Sequence record: SRR31156797_8891
Length of the DNA: 55,612 bases
Reading direction: 5' to 3' (one strand)
Part shown: positions 1 through 9,984 of the stretch, in pieces
How positions within the stretch are numbered: position 1 is the stretch's first letter
Layout of the letters: each line of letters begins with the position of its first letter
Made by a program: the position numbers and the translations under genes
Notes under the pieces: model-generated
The model's input: only the letters and a program-made list of their open reading frames with translations
The model's database searches: none
What the model was told of the DNA's origin: nothing

Positions 1-155
1 ATACGAAGCAATGTTGTTTTGCCACAACCGCTTGGACCGAGGAGACAACCTATTTCGCCCTTATTCAAAGAAAAACTCACATTGTGCGCAACCCGGTTAG
101 AACCATATGATTTACAGACCTGCTCAACAGATAATAGTACAGTGTCGTTTTTCAA
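1..155 (-). CDS. fbpC: Fe3+ ABC transporter ATP-binding subunit, N-terminal part (runs off the window start)
   Basis: Manual translation from TTG at 155: MKNDTVLLSVEQVCKSYGSNRVAHNVSFSLNKGEIGCLLGPSGCGKTTLLR, with Walker A GPSGCGKT. Starts 2 nt after the permease stop. Not in the ORF track. Confidence 0.85.
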   Translation of the reverse strand, partial: MKNDTVLLSVEQVCKSYGSNRVAHNVSFSLNKGEIGCLLGPSGCGKTTLLR

Positions 156-157
156 TG

Positions 158-1792
158 TTATTTCTCCGTTTGACGAATGAGCAATATGACAGGAATAATT
201 GAGGCAGTGACAAGGAATAAACCTGGGAGTGCAGCTCTCTCCCATTCTCCCTCACTTGTGAGTTCATAAATTTTTACAGCCAAAGTGTCCCACCCAAAAG
301 GACGGGTCATCAGGGTTATTGGCATTTCCTTCACAATATCCACCATCACCATAACCAGAGCGGTTAATAAACCTTTTTTCAGCAGCGGTAGATGGATTAA
401 TCGGATGAGGCTGAAACCTTTGACACCTGTGATTGATGCGGCCTCATCAAGACTGGGGCTGATATTTTGCATTCCACTATCAATAGCACCAAATCCAGCA
501 GCAAGAAATCTAACCATATAGGCCATTAGCATGACTATGATAGTCCCTTGAAGGAGAGGGCCTACTTTGACGTCGAACACAAAGATAATGAAGCTTTGGA
601 GACTATTGTCAAACCACACGATTGGAAGAAAAATGCCAACTGCAAGCACAGTTCCCGGCAAGGCATAACCAACAGTGGCAATTTTGCAGAGAAGCATATT
701 GTGTTTCGTTGGCGATTTCCTTTTCACATAACCTAAAAGAAGTGCTCCTGCGCAAGTTAGTAAAGCGCCTCCTGCACCTAGTAATAGAGTTTTGATGGTA
801 TGCGTCGTGTAGTTTGAAAGTTCGCCGACCTTCGACCCCTCAAGAACCCAGAGAAAGAGTTGGGTAACGGGGATGACAAATGCGACAATCACAACCAGGG
901 AACAGAAGAGAGTGGCTAGTGCTGCTCTTGCACCTGTAAGTTTGATTCGAGCGTGAACACTGGTACCTCTTGCATTAGCAAAATACCGCATACGGGATCG
1001 GTAAAGAGACTCCACAACTACAAGTACCAACGCGAACATTACGAGGACTGAAGATAACTGTGCTGCTGCTTGGAGTGAAAAAAAACCGAACCAGGCTTTA
1101 TAGATAGCTGTGGTGAATGTGTCATAATTAAATATGGAAACGGCACCAAAATCTGCAAGTGTTTCCATAAGCACCAGGGCTAGCCCACTTGCTATCCAGG
1201 GCCTTGCCATGGGCAATGTTACCCGCCAGAATGCCGTCCATGGAGTTACGCTAAGAGTTCTTGCCGCTTCTAATAAAGCTCGACCTTGGCTTAGAAAGGC
1301 GGAACGACTGAGGAGGTACACATAAGGGTAGAGAGTGAGGCTAATGACCAGGACGATGAAAGGGGTAGATCTTACCTCTATCATGGTACGCTCGAGGCCG
1401 GGAATAGTTCGAAGTGCCGACTGCACAGGCCCTGCAAAATCCATGATCCCTATAAAGATAAATGCCATGACATAAGCAGGGACTGCCATTGGTAACGTCA
1501 GTGCCCAGGAAAAAAAAGACCTGCCAGGGAAAGAGCAGGCACCGACCAGCCAACCAAGCGACACTCCCAACAATGCGCTACATACCAAGACACCACTGTT
1601 CAATAAGAACGTGTTAAGCAGCAACGTGCTAAGTATTGTGCCAGCCAGGTGTTTTAAAATTTCTCGTTCCGGCTGCAAAAGTGTAGCAAAGATGACACCT
1701 ATCGGTACAACGACCAATCCGGCCAGGATAAGTGCTGAAATCTGCCATCCATCTGACCGGATTGATAGCGATGTTGATCGCTTACTCTTCAT
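158..1792 (-). CDS. fbpB: Fe3+ ABC transporter permease (FbpB/FutB family)
   Basis: 544 aa with two permease repeats (EAARTLS, DEAASITG). Motifs ETLADFGAV, GYALPGTVLAVG and KEMPITLMTRPFG are typical of FbpB. Confidence 0.9.
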   Translation of the reverse strand: MKSKRSTSLSIRSDGWQISALILAGLVVVPIGVIFATLLQPEREILKHLAGTILSTLLLNTFLLNSGVLVCSALLGVSLGWLVGACSFPGRSFFSWALTLPMAVPAYVMAFIFIGIMDFAGPVQSALRTIPGLERTMIEVRSTPFIVLVISLTLYPYVYLLSRSAFLSQGRALLEAARTLSVTPWTAFWRVTLPMARPWIASGLALVLMETLADFGAVSIFNYDTFTTAIYKAWFGFFSLQAAAQLSSVLVMFALVLVVVESLYRSRMRYFANARGTSVHARIKLTGARAALATLFCSLVVIVAFVIPVTQLFLWVLEGSKVGELSNYTTHTIKTLLLGAGGALLTCAGALLLGYVKRKSPTKHNMLLCKIATVGYALPGTVLAVGIFLPIVWFDNSLQSFIIFVFDVKVGPLLQGTIIVMLMAYMVRFLAAGFGAIDSGMQNISPSLDEAASITGVKGFSLIRLIHLPLLKKGLLTALVMVMVDIVKEMPITLMTRPFGWDTLAVKIYELTSEGEWERAALPGLFLVTASIIPVILLIRQTEK

Positions 1793-1800
1793 TGTAAATA

Positions 1801-2805
1801 TTATTTATATCCAACACGATCCATGAGTTTAATAGCTGCGGCCTGGAGTTCACCATACTTGGCAACATTCATCGGATTGCCTTTAAACGTACCCCATTTA
1901 TCCACCACAGGGTCCACGCTCACTTTGGTGTTGACCGGATACTCCATGTTCAGTCCCGCGAATTGTGCTTGAGCTTCCTCACTGGAAAGCCATTCAAGCA
2001 GTTTTGCCGCACCATCCTTGTTTTTCGCATGTACGGTAAGGCCAGCACCGCTAACATTCATATGGACTCCGTCGCTATCCTGGTTTGGCCAGAAAATGGC
2101 AAGGGGTAACTCTGGATTTTTCTTCATTAACCTTCCAAAGTAGTACGTATTGACGATGGTGGCATCGCCTATCCCAATAGCTACGGCTTCAAGGGCTTTG
2201 GTATCATTACTAAAAGGATCAACACTCAAGTTGCTAACCCATCCAGCCACGATTTCTTCAGCCTTTTTTTCTCCATGTGCAGCTATCATGGAAGCAACCA
2301 ATGACTGATTGTAAACCTTTTTTGAGGTGCGCAGAACCAACTTTTCCTTCCAGCGATCTTCGGCAAGTCCTTCGTAACTGTTAAGCTCCTTTTCAACTCC
2401 TGCGTTGGTATTGTAAACAATGGTGCGGGCACGAACAGAAAGCCCAAACCATTTGTTTTCTGGATCGCGGAGATTGGCTGGAACATTTGCCTCAAGCTCC
2501 TTTGAAACAAGCGGTTGAAGGATTCCAGCTTCCGCAGCCTGCCAGAGGTTTCCAGCATCAACAGTGATAAACATGTCAGCTGGAGTGTTTTCCCCTTCTG
2601 CTTTCAAGCGTTCAAGGAGTGCACCTGCTTTACCAGTGATATATTTGACCTCCACCCCTGTCTTCTCTGTATAGATGTCAAATAATGGTTTTATAAGGTG
2701 CTCTTTCCGGGCCGAGTAGACGATAATCTCTTCCTTTGCAAATGCTGGCAGCACCGGCACTGCTACCATCAATGAAATTGCAATAAATACTATTTTGGAA
2801 ATCAT
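1801..2805 (-). CDS. fbpA: Fe3+ ABC transporter substrate-binding protein (FbpA/FutA family)
   Basis: Signal peptide ending PAFA. Motifs VYSARKEHL, ITVDAGNL, and NTYYFGR carrying the tandem Tyr iron ligands. Confidence 0.9.
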   Translation of the reverse strand: MISKIVFIAISLMVAVPVLPAFAKEEIIVYSARKEHLIKPLFDIYTEKTGVEVKYITGKAGALLERLKAEGENTPADMFITVDAGNLWQAAEAGILQPLVSKELEANVPANLRDPENKWFGLSVRARTIVYNTNAGVEKELNSYEGLAEDRWKEKLVLRTSKKVYNQSLVASMIAAHGEKKAEEIVAGWVSNLSVDPFSNDTKALEAVAIGIGDATIVNTYYFGRLMKKNPELPLAIFWPNQDSDGVHMNVSGAGLTVHAKNKDGAAKLLEWLSSEEAQAQFAGLNMEYPVNTKVSVDPVVDKWGTFKGNPMNVAKYGELQAAAIKLMDRVGYK

Positions 2806-2885
2806 GACATCTCCCTTGTGTTAGAAAAATTTGTTGTGTGGTTACAGTCTGCACGTTTGTTAGTTGTTCTTTTAAAAGTTTGGCA

Positions 2886-2914
2886 AGTCTAAAATAGTCA
2901 AGCTTGGTTGTCAA
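2886..2914 (-). promoter_or_regulatory. Putative sigma70 promoter of fbpABC
   Basis: Minus strand TTGACA-N17-TAGACT about 80 nt upstream of the fbpA start. Confidence 0.55.
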
Positions 2915-3013
2915 CGAAATACTACTTTGTGGTAGTTATATTTCGTGTTGCCACTATTGCGTCTCTGTTAACTTCCTTTTTTAGCATGATAATAGTGAAA
3001 ATCTATCGGATAT

Positions 3014-3048
3014 TTGTTTGGTTTTCAAATTTATTGACAATCAAACAA
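3014..3048. promoter_or_regulatory. Inverted-repeat operator, candidate MarR binding sites
   Basis: TTGTTTGGTTTTCAA-ATTTA-TTGACAATCAAACAA (13/15 arm match), directly before TTGACA-N16-TATTCT at 3050-3077. Confidence 0.55.
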
Positions 3049-3110
3049 CTTGACAAGCGAATTACATTGATTATTCTGTTTTCGAAATTTTATACAGGAG
3101 AGGATATTAC

Positions 3111-3842
3111 ATGGAAATTGGAACACTTTTGGCGGCAGCCATTCAATCGAGTTTTTTATTGGGTTTGCTACACGGCATTAACCCTTGCGGCCATTCTTGG
3201 CTTGTTCTTGCACCTTTTGTCTCAGGTGAGAGAGAAGGGGGGCGCGTGGTGGTGTTGACAGCAATGTTTCTTGGGGGAACTACTGTCGCGTGTTTGATAC
3301 TTGGAGCAAGTCTAGGTGCTATATCCCAGCTTGTGCCTTTATCTGTTGAACTGTGGGTGGAAATTATTACGTCGGTGGTCCTTGTGTTGATCGGGCTTTT
3401 GTTGCTGTATAAACCGCATATCCTACACAGTCATGATCATCACGACCATGGCCACTGTCATCACGATCATCATTGCCACTCTAATAATAGCTGGCAGAAT
3501 TTAATGACTCGAATAAAAGGTATGACAAAAGACAGAAAGCTTTTACCACCAGCTCTCTTTGCAATTGGTTTTGTTAATATGATCATCCCGTGCCCAACTG
3601 CCGCTGTAATGTACACATATGCATTGAACTCTGGCAGTGTGGTGACCGCAACGCTTGTTTTTGGAACATATGCTGTTTCAACCGCAATAGCGGTCGGTGG
3701 TGTTATCTATCTCATTTTTAAAGCAACCAGAATGGCAAGAGACCTGCAAAAAGATTGGATCGAACCTCTTATCATGAGGTTCGCAGGGGTAGTGATAATT
3801 CTTTTTTCGGGATACGGACTTTACCAGAGAGTAGCAGTCTAA
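3111..3842 (+). CDS. His-rich Ni/Co-type membrane permease (RcnA/UreH/DsbD_2-like)
   Basis: About 6 TM segments, HGINPCGHSW motif, cytoplasmic HSHDHHDHGHCHHDHHCH loop and IIPCPTA motif. RBS AGGAGAGG. Confidence 0.7.
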   Translation: MEIGTLLAAAIQSSFLLGLLHGINPCGHSWLVLAPFVSGEREGGRVVVLTAMFLGGTTVACLILGASLGAISQLVPLSVELWVEIITSVVLVLIGLLLLYKPHILHSHDHHDHGHCHHDHHCHSNNSWQNLMTRIKGMTKDRKLLPPALFAIGFVNMIIPCPTAAVMYTYALNSGSVVTATLVFGTYAVSTAIAVGGVIYLIFKATRMARDLQKDWIEPLIMRFAGVVIILFSGYGLYQRVAV

Positions 3843-3863
3843 GCAGAAACCAATGGTGGGAGC

Positions 3864-4277
3864 ATGAATATTGAAACTCTTTCGAATCAGTTGATAGAAT
3901 TTTACGACAAAATATCTTCCTGGGAACACTCTGTCGTTAAAGAAAGTGGGTTAACACCTACGCAAATGCATACGATTGAAGTCATAGGGCATAGGAAGAA
4001 TCTTAGGATGAAAGAACTCGCAGAGAGGCTGGGAGTAACCACTGGAACACTTACCATCGGGGTGGATAACTTAGAAAAAATGGACCTTGTGGCAAGAAAA
4101 CCGCATGAAACAGACAGGAGATCCTATTTTGTAGTGCTCACAGGCAAAGGTAAAAAGATGTTTGAAGAGCATCACCGTTTTCATGAAGACTTTACAAACG
4201 AAATATCAACAGAACTTTCTGATAATGAGATAGAAACATTTTCCAGGCTCCTCAACAAGATTCTCGAAAAAATGTAA
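3864..4277 (+). CDS. MarR-family transcriptional regulator with AdcR/ZitR-like metal ligands
   Basis: wHTH MKELAERLGVTTGTLT, wing DRRS, LTGKG; also TQMHTI and EEHHRFHE. Confidence 0.85.
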   Translation: MNIETLSNQLIEFYDKISSWEHSVVKESGLTPTQMHTIEVIGHRKNLRMKELAERLGVTTGTLTIGVDNLEKMDLVARKPHETDRRSYFVVLTGKGKKMFEEHHRFHEDFTNEISTELSDNEIETFSRLLNKILEKM

Positions 4278-4278
4278 T

Positions 4279-4605
4279 CTATCCCAGAAATTCTTCAGGC
4301 GTACTGACCATTGGGATGAAGGAATCAAATCCTGATATTTCAAATACTTCACGAACGTGGTCTTGAGCGCTGCACACTGCGAATTTATTGCCGTTTTTTT
4401 TAAGATTGCGTGCAAAATTAAAAATAACTCTGAGCCCTGCACTGGAAATATAATCAAGTTTTGCAAAATTTATGATAAGTGATTTTTCAGGCTGTATGGA
4501 AAAAGACGATATCCACTTTTCAGCCTCATCAGCTGTCCCTGAGTCGAGGCGGCCAGTTATATCGATGGTGGTATAGTCGCTGCTGTCGTATGTAGTGATT
4601 TGCAT
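4279..4605 (-). CDS. STAS-domain anti-anti-sigma factor (RsbV/SpoIIAA-like)
   Basis: GRLD, LDYISSAGLR with the phospho-acceptor Ser, VFEISGF. Confidence 0.9.
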   Translation of the reverse strand: MQITTYDSSDYTTIDITGRLDSGTADEAEKWISSFSIQPEKSLIINFAKLDYISSAGLRVIFNFARNLKKNGNKFAVCSAQDHVREVFEISGFDSFIPMVSTPEEFLG

Positions 4606-4622
4606 AGAGGTTTTTTAAGAGA

Positions 4623-5048
4623 TTATTTTATAATTTTTGTCAACGTGAGAATATTCTTCTGATCCTTTCTTGCATAAGTATAGCTATCTGCAAAATGTCG
4701 TACCAAGTGCACACCGAGTCCTCCTGCCTTTCTCTCTTCAAAAGGCAGGCGTATGTCGGGGGACGCGACTTGAAAAGGGTTAAAAGCTGGCCCACTGTCG
4801 CTGTACACGATCAGAAGCTCAGGGCCTACTCGTTCAAGGGACACCTCAACGGAATGAGTGGAACCGGTTGAACCATATTTGAAATAATTGGTACAAAGCT
4901 CTTCGATTATCAGAATGAATTCCGAAATTGTTCTGTGAGAAATGTTCCAGGTTTTAGACAAATTTTCGCATTGTATTCGAAATGCCTCGAAAGTTTTGTC
5001 TGATGCATCCAAAAGGAAGTGTGCTTTCATGCTGTTAATGGTAGCCAC
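4623..5048 (-). CDS. Anti-sigma Ser/Thr kinase (RsbW/SpoIIAB-like HATPase); start may be ATG 5030
   Basis: N-box EELCTN, G1 DSGPAFNP, G2 GGLGVHLV. Confidence 0.88.
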   Translation of the reverse strand: MATINSMKAHFLLDASDKTFEAFRIQCENLSKTWNISHRTISEFILIIEELCTNYFKYGSTGSTHSVEVSLERVGPELLIVYSDSGPAFNPFQVASPDIRLPFEERKAGGLGVHLVRHFADSYTYARKDQKNILTLTKIIK

Positions 5049-5148
5049 CCATTACCTTTTCTCGTGTCTATCCCGAAACGGTTTTTACCTATCTCAACCC
5101 AAGCGCCTCGTTTCTGAACGGACACTCTTGTGGTAATAGGGTTTACGT

Positions 5149-7683
5149 TTATTTTTGTGCCTTGTTCCCGGTTACAAGTTCGTATAATCCGCCCTTACAA
5201 CGCATCAATTCATCATACGTACCATATTCTACCATTTTACCGGATTTCATTACACCGACGGCATCAAAATGCTTGATTGTATCCAGTCGATGTACAACTG
5301 CAATAACCGTTCGTTCTCCTTTCCACCTCTCTATAAGCCGTTGAATCCTCGCCTGTGATGTGTTGTCCAAAGCTGAGGTTGCCTCATCCATGAGGATTAC
5401 TTTTGGCTCTTTCAGCAGAACTCTGGCAATGGCAAGTTTTTGTTTTTGTCCACCAGATAAGTTGTCTCCCATGTTACCTACATTATACTGCATTCCAGCT
5501 TCGGCAACATCTTCCAGGCAATCTTCCTCTATTAATAAACGGATGATTGCCTGGTTCACCTTTTCGTTGGGTGACGTTTCATCGGTCTTCATTTTGCCAA
5601 AAAGAATATTATTAAAAATTGATCTTCCCAGAAGAGGTTCATCACTCTTCAGGGGAGTAAGTAAACCGGTATACTCTCTATCGCTTGCCAGCGTCCAATG
5701 CGACCGGGCAGCGAGGATACTGGTTGTAAGGCCTGGCGGCATTGAGAAAGACGAATGAGTACCTGGTGCATATAACAATGCGGGCTTGAGAAGAAGGCAC
5801 TGCTCCTCAAAAGAAAGTTCATAGTTTGGGGTTGCATCCAGTCGACTGATTAGTGATACGTATTCCGGTACGGCCTCATTAGAGAGGGGGGTAACCAGTA
5901 TAGGTTTTTCGTTGTCTTTAGATGCCAGGTAATACTCGACAGACTGTTTTGCTATTTGAGTCCCCAATCTCACTAAGGGAGTGAGGAGGAGGTGCTTGCT
6001 GAGAAAATCTATAAAGGAGGAACGAGCGAAAAGAGCAGGAAGTATACTCTCAGGATCTCGTGATACGGAAAAAGTAATATTACCTAGTATGTTTGAATAT
6101 TGAAGATAGATATTATAATCGTAAAACTCGATGTAACGGTCAAGAGTAGGTTCGAAATTATGTCTGAAATTTTCCCTCATCGTAATGATTTTTGAGGTAA
6201 CAGCAGTTGTTGAATGTTCGTACACTGTCTCGAGACCGAACCGAATGACATCAACAAAAAAACCTGCCTGCTGCAGACTTAAAATAAGATGGTCAAGTGA
6301 AGGGGATTGGTAATTTTCCTTGTCAATATTGTTAGTATTATGAGCGGAACAATGTGCATAGAGAAGGTTGTCCCTCACGCTACCTGAAAAAATAAATGGA
6401 TTTTGAGAAATATACCCCATGTGGCCAATAAGCACGTCTTTCTGCATGTTCTTTATCTCGATTCCATCAAGCTGTATGGAACCGCTGGTATAATCAAACA
6501 TTTTTGCAATGCATTGTACGAGTGTAGATTTACCGCTCCCTGAAAAACCTACCAAAGCGAGATGCTGTCCAGGTTGTAAGGAGAAATTCACCTGTTGTAA
6601 AAGTGCTTTTCCTTCTGTAACTGTGTATCCCACATCGGACACCTCCAAAGCTCCAATAATAGGCACAGAGCCTTTATTTTCTCCTGTAAGCAGAGGTGCA
6701 GGGGGAACGTCAAAGGACTTCATGGTCCGTTGATATCGTACGGAAGCATCTTGATACACTTGATAAAATTCAATCAGTTCTTTCCAGGGGTCATATAATT
6801 TTTCCTGAGCAGAAAGAAAAGCAACCATCGAGCCAAGTGCAAGCTGCCCGTTCATGACCAAGTAGCCCCCAAAGATGAAAACGATAAAGGGACCAAGACT
6901 GACAAAATAGTTGTTAACCGACTTGATAGTAAAGCGAAATAAAGACCACTTAAGTCGTATGGATCGGAGACGTTCGATAAGCTGGTTTAACTTCCTTTTT
7001 TCAACAGAATAGGCACCATGAACATTAATTTCATGTATGCCGGTAATCGATTCAGTGATCTGACTTGCAACCAGCCGGGATTGATCCACTCTCTTTTTAT
7101 TGAGTCGGTTGGCTTTTTTCTGCAGGTAAGGAACTAAAATGACCACAATGGGATAAATGGCGAGGATGGAAAGAGCTAGTTGTGGGTGCAGCCAGAGCAA
7201 ATAACCGGCAAAGGCGAGCAGCGTCAGTATATTGGATACAGGAACCGCCAGTGCCATTCCTGCAAAAGAACCGGCTGATGCCAGTTCGGTCATAAGGGAA
7301 GCCACGACTACACCAGGTTGGGTGTTACGAAAAAACAGAAGTGGTAGAGAGGTAATATGGGCATAGAGTTCCTTCCTCATCAAGAACATGGCTCGTTCAC
7401 CGATTCTCGCCTGAAGAAAATTGACACACAGTTTACTTGCCCCGGTAACCGTGACGGCAAGAAGATAAATGGCGCAATAAAGCAATAATTGGTCGATTTT
7501 TTTGAGAACTATTGCCTCGTTGATGATCCTTTTTTGCATCTCCAGGGGCACGACCCTTGTAATCACCATTATCGCTATCAAAAAAAGTAACAGGAGCTGC
7601 CATTTTAGATTATTATGAAACGCCCAGAAAAAAAGGCTTTTTTGAGTTACCGGCTTGTCTGTCGATAGAGTTTTAGCTTTCAT
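5149..7683 (-). CDS. ABC exporter, fused TMD+NBD, with a ~240-aa insertion in the NBD
   Basis: N-terminal TMD, Walker A GFSGSGKST, Q-loop ISQNP, long insert, then LSGGQKQ, Walker B ILMDE and H-loop VVHRL. Confidence 0.85.
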   Translation of the reverse strand: MKAKTLSTDKPVTQKSLFFWAFHNNLKWQLLLLFLIAIMVITRVVPLEMQKRIINEAIVLKKIDQLLLYCAIYLLAVTVTGASKLCVNFLQARIGERAMFLMRKELYAHITSLPLLFFRNTQPGVVVASLMTELASAGSFAGMALAVPVSNILTLLAFAGYLLWLHPQLALSILAIYPIVVILVPYLQKKANRLNKKRVDQSRLVASQITESITGIHEINVHGAYSVEKRKLNQLIERLRSIRLKWSLFRFTIKSVNNYFVSLGPFIVFIFGGYLVMNGQLALGSMVAFLSAQEKLYDPWKELIEFYQVYQDASVRYQRTMKSFDVPPAPLLTGENKGSVPIIGALEVSDVGYTVTEGKALLQQVNFSLQPGQHLALVGFSGSGKSTLVQCIAKMFDYTSGSIQLDGIEIKNMQKDVLIGHMGYISQNPFIFSGSVRDNLLYAHCSAHNTNNIDKENYQSPSLDHLILSLQQAGFFVDVIRFGLETVYEHSTTAVTSKIITMRENFRHNFEPTLDRYIEFYDYNIYLQYSNILGNITFSVSRDPESILPALFARSSFIDFLSKHLLLTPLVRLGTQIAKQSVEYYLASKDNEKPILVTPLSNEAVPEYVSLISRLDATPNYELSFEEQCLLLKPALLYAPGTHSSFSMPPGLTTSILAARSHWTLASDREYTGLLTPLKSDEPLLGRSIFNNILFGKMKTDETSPNEKVNQAIIRLLIEEDCLEDVAEAGMQYNVGNMGDNLSGGQKQKLAIARVLLKEPKVILMDEATSALDNTSQARIQRLIERWKGERTVIAVVHRLDTIKHFDAVGVMKSGKMVEYGTYDELMRCKGGLYELVTGNKAQK

Positions 7684-7703
7684 GTTTTGCAGCTGTTGTT
7701 TGT

Positions 7704-9608
7704 TTACATCGTTGCGGGGGAGGTGAGGCTATTGCCCAAAGAGTCAGACTCAAATACAACAACCACCAGTGTAATATCATCCGCCTGAGCAGCATTGCCT
7801 CTGAATAAGGTAACCTCATCCGTTATTTGCTTTATTATTTGAGCAGGTTGGGACTGATGGTAATTTCGGACAATCTCTTTTACTCTTTCTTTACCAAATC
7901 GTTCCTGGTGTTCATTTTCCAATTCCCACACGCCATCACTACCAATAATGAGAAGATGTCTTTGGTTCGTCAATTGTAAGGTGTTACCATTGTATTGAAT
8001 GTCAGCATCAAGTCCGAGCACTAATCCTGTTCCCTGCAGTTCAGTAAAGGTATCGTTTGCAGGTGTAAATAGCAGCGCTGGCTCATGTCCGGCCCGAATC
8101 CATTGGACAGTGCCAGACCCTGGCTCCATTTCAAGGTAAAACAGAGAAGAAAAATTACCGTATTGCAATGTGTCCCAACAGAGATATCGATTAACATCGT
8201 TAATACGTTCTGCTGCTGATCCAGGCTTCTGTACCCGAACACGTAATAGAGCTCTGAGAGTTGCCATGAGCAGCGCAGCACCAACACCATGCCCAACAAC
8301 ATCACCGACAGCTACATGGAGTTTGCCAGGGTGTGTCTCAGATTCAATAAAATCAAAGTAATCTCCTCCTGTTTCATCACAGTAAAGACTTACACCGCTG
8401 GCAGTGATTCCTTTGTCCGAGTAGTCTGTTTGCGGCAAAAGCGTCATCTGTACTTCTTGTGCAATTTCCATGGCTTTTTGCAGCTGCATTCCTCGTTGAA
8501 GCTGAGAAGTCATTCGGTTAAAGCTATGGAGTAAATCACCGACTTCATCTTTCGTGGAAACCTTAAATGGTTTACTGAATTTCCCGTTTGCCAGCTCGTC
8601 TGCTGCTGTTGAAACCAGCTTGATGGATTGTGTGGTCCGTTTAAAGCTGGAGCGGATGAACCACAGCAAAATAGTTATACAGGACAGAACTGTAATGATA
8701 TAGGCGAGTCTAAACTTGATAAGCGGTTGCAGCACTGTCTTACCTGGTGAGATAATAACCATTGTCCAGGGAGCTTCCTTGAGGTGGTAAAAGCCACTGA
8801 TCTCCTCTGGGGGGCTACCTTCACCAAAAACAATGCCGGATTCATCTTGTAACAACGCGGTAAAGGTCTTTTCTTCAAGTTCGTCAGAAATACCAAACCG
8901 TTGGGCGGAGTCGGTGGCAGGATGTTCTTTGTTATTCTCTGTTTGGGCGAGAATATGGCCATTTTGATCGACAATATATGCCTTGTTTATATTCCACCAT
9001 TGAGATTGAATTGTCTGCGCAATGAGTTGTTCAAAATCAAGACGTATCTCTATCTTGCCGATGACTTCATCCTTGATATTGATGAGTCGGGTGCTGAGCA
9101 GGACATTTTTTTGCTCAAACTCTACTTTATAGACAGGGGGCGTTACCACCAAGGTCTTCTTGCCGGTATGATTGTTTCCCTCTGTTCGGCGTAATATATG
9201 TCGTCTCATCCTGAGGCCTTGCTTCCCTATTTCTCTTGGCCATTGGGCATTGATCTCAGCTACTCCTGGAATCTGCTGCAATCGAGCAACAATGAATTCA
9301 TGAACTCCGTTGTCGAAGTCTTTTTTTGAGATACCGTCAAAGAAAGAAAGCAGTTGTTTGGGACGATGCAGCTGCATGTCGATATCATGGGCTGCCTTTC
9401 CTAACTGGGCCAGCGCAATTTCTCCCCACTGTTTAATTAGAACGTTGCGGACAGCAATAAAACCAAAGACACCAGTCAGAGTGAGAAAGAGAAAAATGGG
9501 CAATATAATAAACACCACGGTCCGTTGGTGTAGTGTTTTGGGCTGGTACATAGGCTTAGTTTCGCAAAAAGCACTTGTAAGAGGTCGAATGTGATTCCGA
9601 AATGCCAA
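7704..9608 (-). CDS. Membrane sensor PP2C/SpoIIE phosphatase (RsbU-like) with periplasmic sensor and HAMP; start probably ATG 9551
   Basis: Two TM segments, HAMP (DEVGDLLHSFNRM), GGDYFDF, GDVVGHGV, SDGVWE, DDITL. Confidence 0.9.
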   Translation of the reverse strand: MAFRNHIRPLTSAFCETKPMYQPKTLHQRTVVFIILPIFLFLTLTGVFGFIAVRNVLIKQWGEIALAQLGKAAHDIDMQLHRPKQLLSFFDGISKKDFDNGVHEFIVARLQQIPGVAEINAQWPREIGKQGLRMRRHILRRTEGNNHTGKKTLVVTPPVYKVEFEQKNVLLSTRLINIKDEVIGKIEIRLDFEQLIAQTIQSQWWNINKAYIVDQNGHILAQTENNKEHPATDSAQRFGISDELEEKTFTALLQDESGIVFGEGSPPEEISGFYHLKEAPWTMVIISPGKTVLQPLIKFRLAYIITVLSCITILLWFIRSSFKRTTQSIKLVSTAADELANGKFSKPFKVSTKDEVGDLLHSFNRMTSQLQRGMQLQKAMEIAQEVQMTLLPQTDYSDKGITASGVSLYCDETGGDYFDFIESETHPGKLHVAVGDVVGHGVGAALLMATLRALLRVRVQKPGSAAERINDVNRYLCWDTLQYGNFSSLFYLEMEPGSGTVQWIRAGHEPALLFTPANDTFTELQGTGLVLGLDADIQYNGNTLQLTNQRHLLIIGSDGVWELENEHQERFGKERVKEIVRNYHQSQPAQIIKQITDEVTLFRGNAAQADDITLVVVVFESDSLGNSLTSPATM

Positions 9609-9984
9609 GATAGGAATTACACAACAGTTGTTTGTAGAATAACTTTATGCAGATTTTAAAATTTTTGCTATTGAGAGTTGTAAATAAGATAGTGCCATAG
9701 AGAGTTTTGATAGTGACCTGTATGGGGGACTGAAGATGCAACGCTCACAATTAATGGGAAAAAGAGACCATATTTAGCTACCTTGTTGTTTTTTTCTCTT
9801 ATTTGAAGGTGACCTTGAGGTAAATGAAGCGCCCTGGACAGGGCGAAAGTGTAAGGCTTGTGAGTTCTTGCAAGCTGCGAAGATTGCGAAAGGGGAGTAT
9901 TTGTACCTAATAAATCCTGGCTGGCTATGAGTAGAGAATAAAACCTAATCCAGAGTGCATAAAGTCTAGTACCTTGGTGCGGCC

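Noticed and set aside
2806-3110. Fur box upstream of the iron ABC operon, and the 116-aa ORF at 2908-3258
   Set aside because: No convincing Fur palindrome seen; the ORF spans promoter DNA and overlaps the permease out of frame.
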